A DNA stretch of 38,511 nucleotides from Thermotogota bacterium (GTDB lineage: Bacteria > Bipolaricaulota > Bipolaricaulia > UBA7950 > UBA9294), in contig JBDKUT010000155.1 in NCBI GenBank assembly GCA_039679545.1, positions 1-38,511 of the forward strand, written 5' to 3'. The position numbers were made by a program, and so were the translations under genes. Under the pieces are notes generated by a model. The model did not search any database. It was not told the DNA's origin and saw nothing but the letters and a program-made list of their open reading frames with translations. Shown here piece by piece: positions 36,054 to 38,511 of this stretch. How positions within the stretch are numbered: the first letter of the stretch is position 1; each line of letters opens with the position of its first letter.

Positions 36054-36938
36054 CTACAACGCTGTCAGGACCTCGGTCAGAAGGTCGGTCGCGAAGCCGA
36101 GGAACGTGAACCCCTCCCAGCCGTGCGCGGGCGTCCCGAGCGCATGGTGGGTGAGTCCCCAGGCAACGACGTGCAGCTGCACGACGAGCACCATGTCGTC
36201 CAGGCGACGGCGGTGCTCAGGGGTTTCCTCGCCGAAGTATTCGTCAAGGATTGCGTGGCGGTGAGCGTTGGACAGGGGCGCCGTCTCATCACAGGAGACG
36301 AGGAGGGTCGCGAGATCGAAGAAAATGTCGCCCATCCCGGCGAACTCCCAGTCGATGAGTCGAATCGGATTCGCGTCAAGCAGGTTCCCGGCGAACAGGT
36401 CGTTGTGGCAGAGGGCGAGATACGGCGGGACGAGCGGCCCGCGCGCCGACTCGATCTCACCGAGTCGGCAAAGAACCCTCGCGCTTCCCGCCGGCAGCGC
36501 GACGCGAGCTTCGGCGGCGCGCCTGAAACTGGCACGGATGCGGGCGAACGGGTCGAACGCGTGATCGAGGGTCGGGAGAGAATGCACGCGACGCACGGTA
36601 CGAACGACAGAACGCAGAACCTCAGGATCGCGGTATCGGTCCGGGATCTCGCTGAACGAGCGGGCCGCGATGGGTTGCGTGATGAGATGGCCTTCCGGCA
36701 GGACGTAGCGGACGACCTCCGGTCCAAGGCCGGCGGCGTGCGCGAGACGGAGTGCCGTTGCTTCCGCTTCTCGGCTGATTCCGAGGCATCCGGCGTTCGG
36801 GCTCGCGAGGCGAACGATGTACTCGTCCTGGCCTATGGCGACCAAGAAGTTGCGATTCGAGAGGCCGCGGAGAGGTTCGATTCGATCCGGCTCGCGGAAC
36901 TCGCCGACCTGTGGCAGAAGGTCGCGCACAGACAGCAA
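36054..36938 (-). CDS. Choline/ethanolamine kinase family phosphotransferase
   Basis: Motifs: GLSNRNF, GISREAE, intact LCHNDLFAGNLL and LIDWEFAG. TTG start after AAGGAGGAG. Confidence 0.88.
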   Translation of the reverse strand: MLSVRDLLPQVGEFREPDRIEPLRGLSNRNFLVAIGQDEYIVRLASPNAGCLGISREAEATALRLAHAAGLGPEVVRYVLPEGHLITQPIAARSFSEIPDRYRDPEVLRSVVRTVRRVHSLPTLDHAFDPFARIRASFRRAAEARVALPAGSARVLCRLGEIESARGPLVPPYLALCHNDLFAGNLLDANPIRLIDWEFAGMGDIFFDLATLLVSCDETAPLSNAHRHAILDEYFGEETPEHRRRLDDMVLVVQLHVVAWGLTHHALGTPAHGWEGFTFLGFATDLLTEVLTAL

Positions 36939-37176
36939 AGGCTCCTCCTTTTTGCGTTTGCGATGGTGAAGCGGCGAAGAAGCCGAGACGTAGGCAGGAT
37001 CCGGCCAACTCCTTCCCTAAGATCGTGCCGCCGCGAGGATACGGGCTGCGATGGTGGAAGACAACGGACGGAAGCCTCACGTCGTCCGATCGACTCCTCT
37101 TCTCCCCCCTTCAACTCGGCGCTATGCTGAAAGAGCCTTCTGGCGGTGTAGGATTGTCGGATCAGGCATCGGAGGC

Positions 37177-38130
37177 ATGATGGTGTCGAAGAAGGGTCAC
37201 GTGGGTCACGTGGGTCTCGTAATTGTGATTCTTGCCTTCGGGGTAGCTTTGCCGTGCGCGGCGCGCACGTTGGATGTTCCCGGGGAGTATGCGTCGATTG
37301 CCGCGGCGATCGGCGTCGCGGTCGCGGGCGACGAAATCCTGGTCGCATCGGGAACGTACAACGAGAACTTTGTTGTTGCAGTTGACGTGACGATTCGAGG
37401 CGTGGGACCCGATCGCACCTCGACGACGATCAAGAGCGGAGACCCGGAAGCCGCGGTCGTTGTCGTTTCTCTGGCAGCGGCCGGCGAGGTTCGGCTCGAG
37501 AACCTTTCCTGGGTAGCGTCGGGTCCCGGCGACGGCATCAAGGTCGCCGGGAGTCCCGAGGGTACCGTGAGAGTGGTCAATTGTGCCTTCCGTGTGGAGT
37601 CCGAGTCGGTGGGCATTGCCGTTGAGAGCGGCACGCTGGTCGCGGAGGCATCTTCGTTCCGCGGCCCCGATGTGGCCGTCCACGTTCCCGTAAGGACTAG
37701 CGGGGTCGTCGTCGACCCCGGCGCCTCGGCCAAGATTCGTAACTGTGACTTCGCCTACTTCGCAGATGCAATCCAGGCGCGGGGCGGAACGAGCCTCACC
37801 GTCGAGGCGTGCAGCGTTGGCTACTCGGTGGCGGGGATTGCGATTCGAAACCAGTTCTCCGACTTTACGACGGTCCAGCTTGCGGCAAACCAGATCTATG
37901 GCTGCACGACGGGGATCGTCCTGAGCGGGGCCGTCACGATGGTCATGGTCCAAGGGAACACGATTCTCGACTGCAGCTCGGGACCGCTCCGAGCCACGGC
38001 GGGCTCCTGCATCGGAGGCGGCGAGCCGTTCTCCGGCGTCATCGCGGGAACGGCCAACGTCGTGCCGCAGCTCGATCTCCTCTGCCCTGATGAGGGGAGT
38101 GGGTTCTGGCCGGAAGGATTCTTCGAGTAG
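37177..38130 (+). CDS. Exported right-handed parallel beta-helix (pectin lyase fold) protein
   Basis: Signal peptide; N-cap VPGEYASIAAAI..GDEILVASGTYNE; repeated NC/GI/N-I beta-helix coils; GGAGG RBS. Confidence 0.8.
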   Translation: MMVSKKGHVGHVGLVIVILAFGVALPCAARTLDVPGEYASIAAAIGVAVAGDEILVASGTYNENFVVAVDVTIRGVGPDRTSTTIKSGDPEAAVVVVSLAAAGEVRLENLSWVASGPGDGIKVAGSPEGTVRVVNCAFRVESESVGIAVESGTLVAEASSFRGPDVAVHVPVRTSGVVVDPGASAKIRNCDFAYFADAIQARGGTSLTVEACSVGYSVAGIAIRNQFSDFTTVQLAANQIYGCTTGIVLSGAVTMVMVQGNTILDCSSGPLRATAGSCIGGGEPFSGVIAGTANVVPQLDLLCPDEGSGFWPEGFFE

Positions 38131-38158
38131 CGGCCTCGCCTGGCAGGGAGGCCGCTAC
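38127..38158 (+). terminator. Hairpin overlapping the stop of the beta-helix gene
   Basis: 11-bp perfect stem GTAGCGGCCTC / GAGGCCGCTAC, with no U-tract. Confidence 0.45.
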
Positions 38159-38389
38159 CGGAGATCGCTAGGTTTGCCCTAGATTAGAGGGGACGGACTC
38201 CCGGATGGGTTGTGACCCATGGGCGTCACTGAGTACTATCCGTAGGTTACCCTCAGCTGTTCGAGATGCATGGAGCAACCGGTGAATCTCGAGCGTAGGG
38301 AAGAGATGAGGATGGTGGCGTGTTGGCTGAGCAGGATCAGCGACGCGAACCACCCGCCAACTCATAGGCGCAAGTAAGGAGGCTCGACG

Positions 38390-38511
38390 TTGAAAAAGAG
38401 ACTAGGAGCAGCGAGTGTCCTAACGTTGCTCGTTATGGCGCTCTGCGCTCTCTCTGCTTTCGCGACGACCGCGGAGATCTGGTTGTCGAGCGACAGCAGT
38501 GGAGAGACTCG
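38390..38511 (+). CDS. 5' end of an exported protein (runs off the window)
   Basis: AAGGAGG then TTG; MKKRLGAASVLTLLVMALCALSAFA-TTAEIWLSS is a classic signal peptide ending in AxA. Confidence 0.7.
   Translation, partial: MKKRLGAASVLTLLVMALCALSAFATTAEIWLSSDSSGET

Overview
GC-rich bacterial chromosomal window with about 38 protein-coding genes. I recognise no rRNA, tRNA, CRISPR array, integrase or transposase. Most genes are housekeeping or accessory: rimO, a PadR-led Fe/B12-type ABC importer whose ATPase has an in-frame TGA, a MATE exporter, a beta-CASP RNase, a cold-shock protein, an aldo/keto reductase, a HAD hydrolase, DUF885, five GNATs, a CatA-like acetyltransferase, a phytoene-dehydrogenase-like oxidoreductase, a ZIP transporter, comEC, a C10 peptidase, two flavodoxin-fold proteins, a WD40 protein and several lipoproteins. 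The best candidate for an undescribed system is at the left end: a translationally coupled two-gene unit. It encodes a stand-alone SIR2-like protein and an effector-less nSTAND1-type NTPase with one transmembrane helix and a C-terminal HEAT-like domain, followed by a catalytically degenerate APH-like pseudokinase. Other oddities are a lipoprotein made almost entirely of Thr/Pro/Ala repeats, a strong TAG stop-codon preference, and several structured intergenic leaders. All family calls come from motif recognition by eye; no database search was run.
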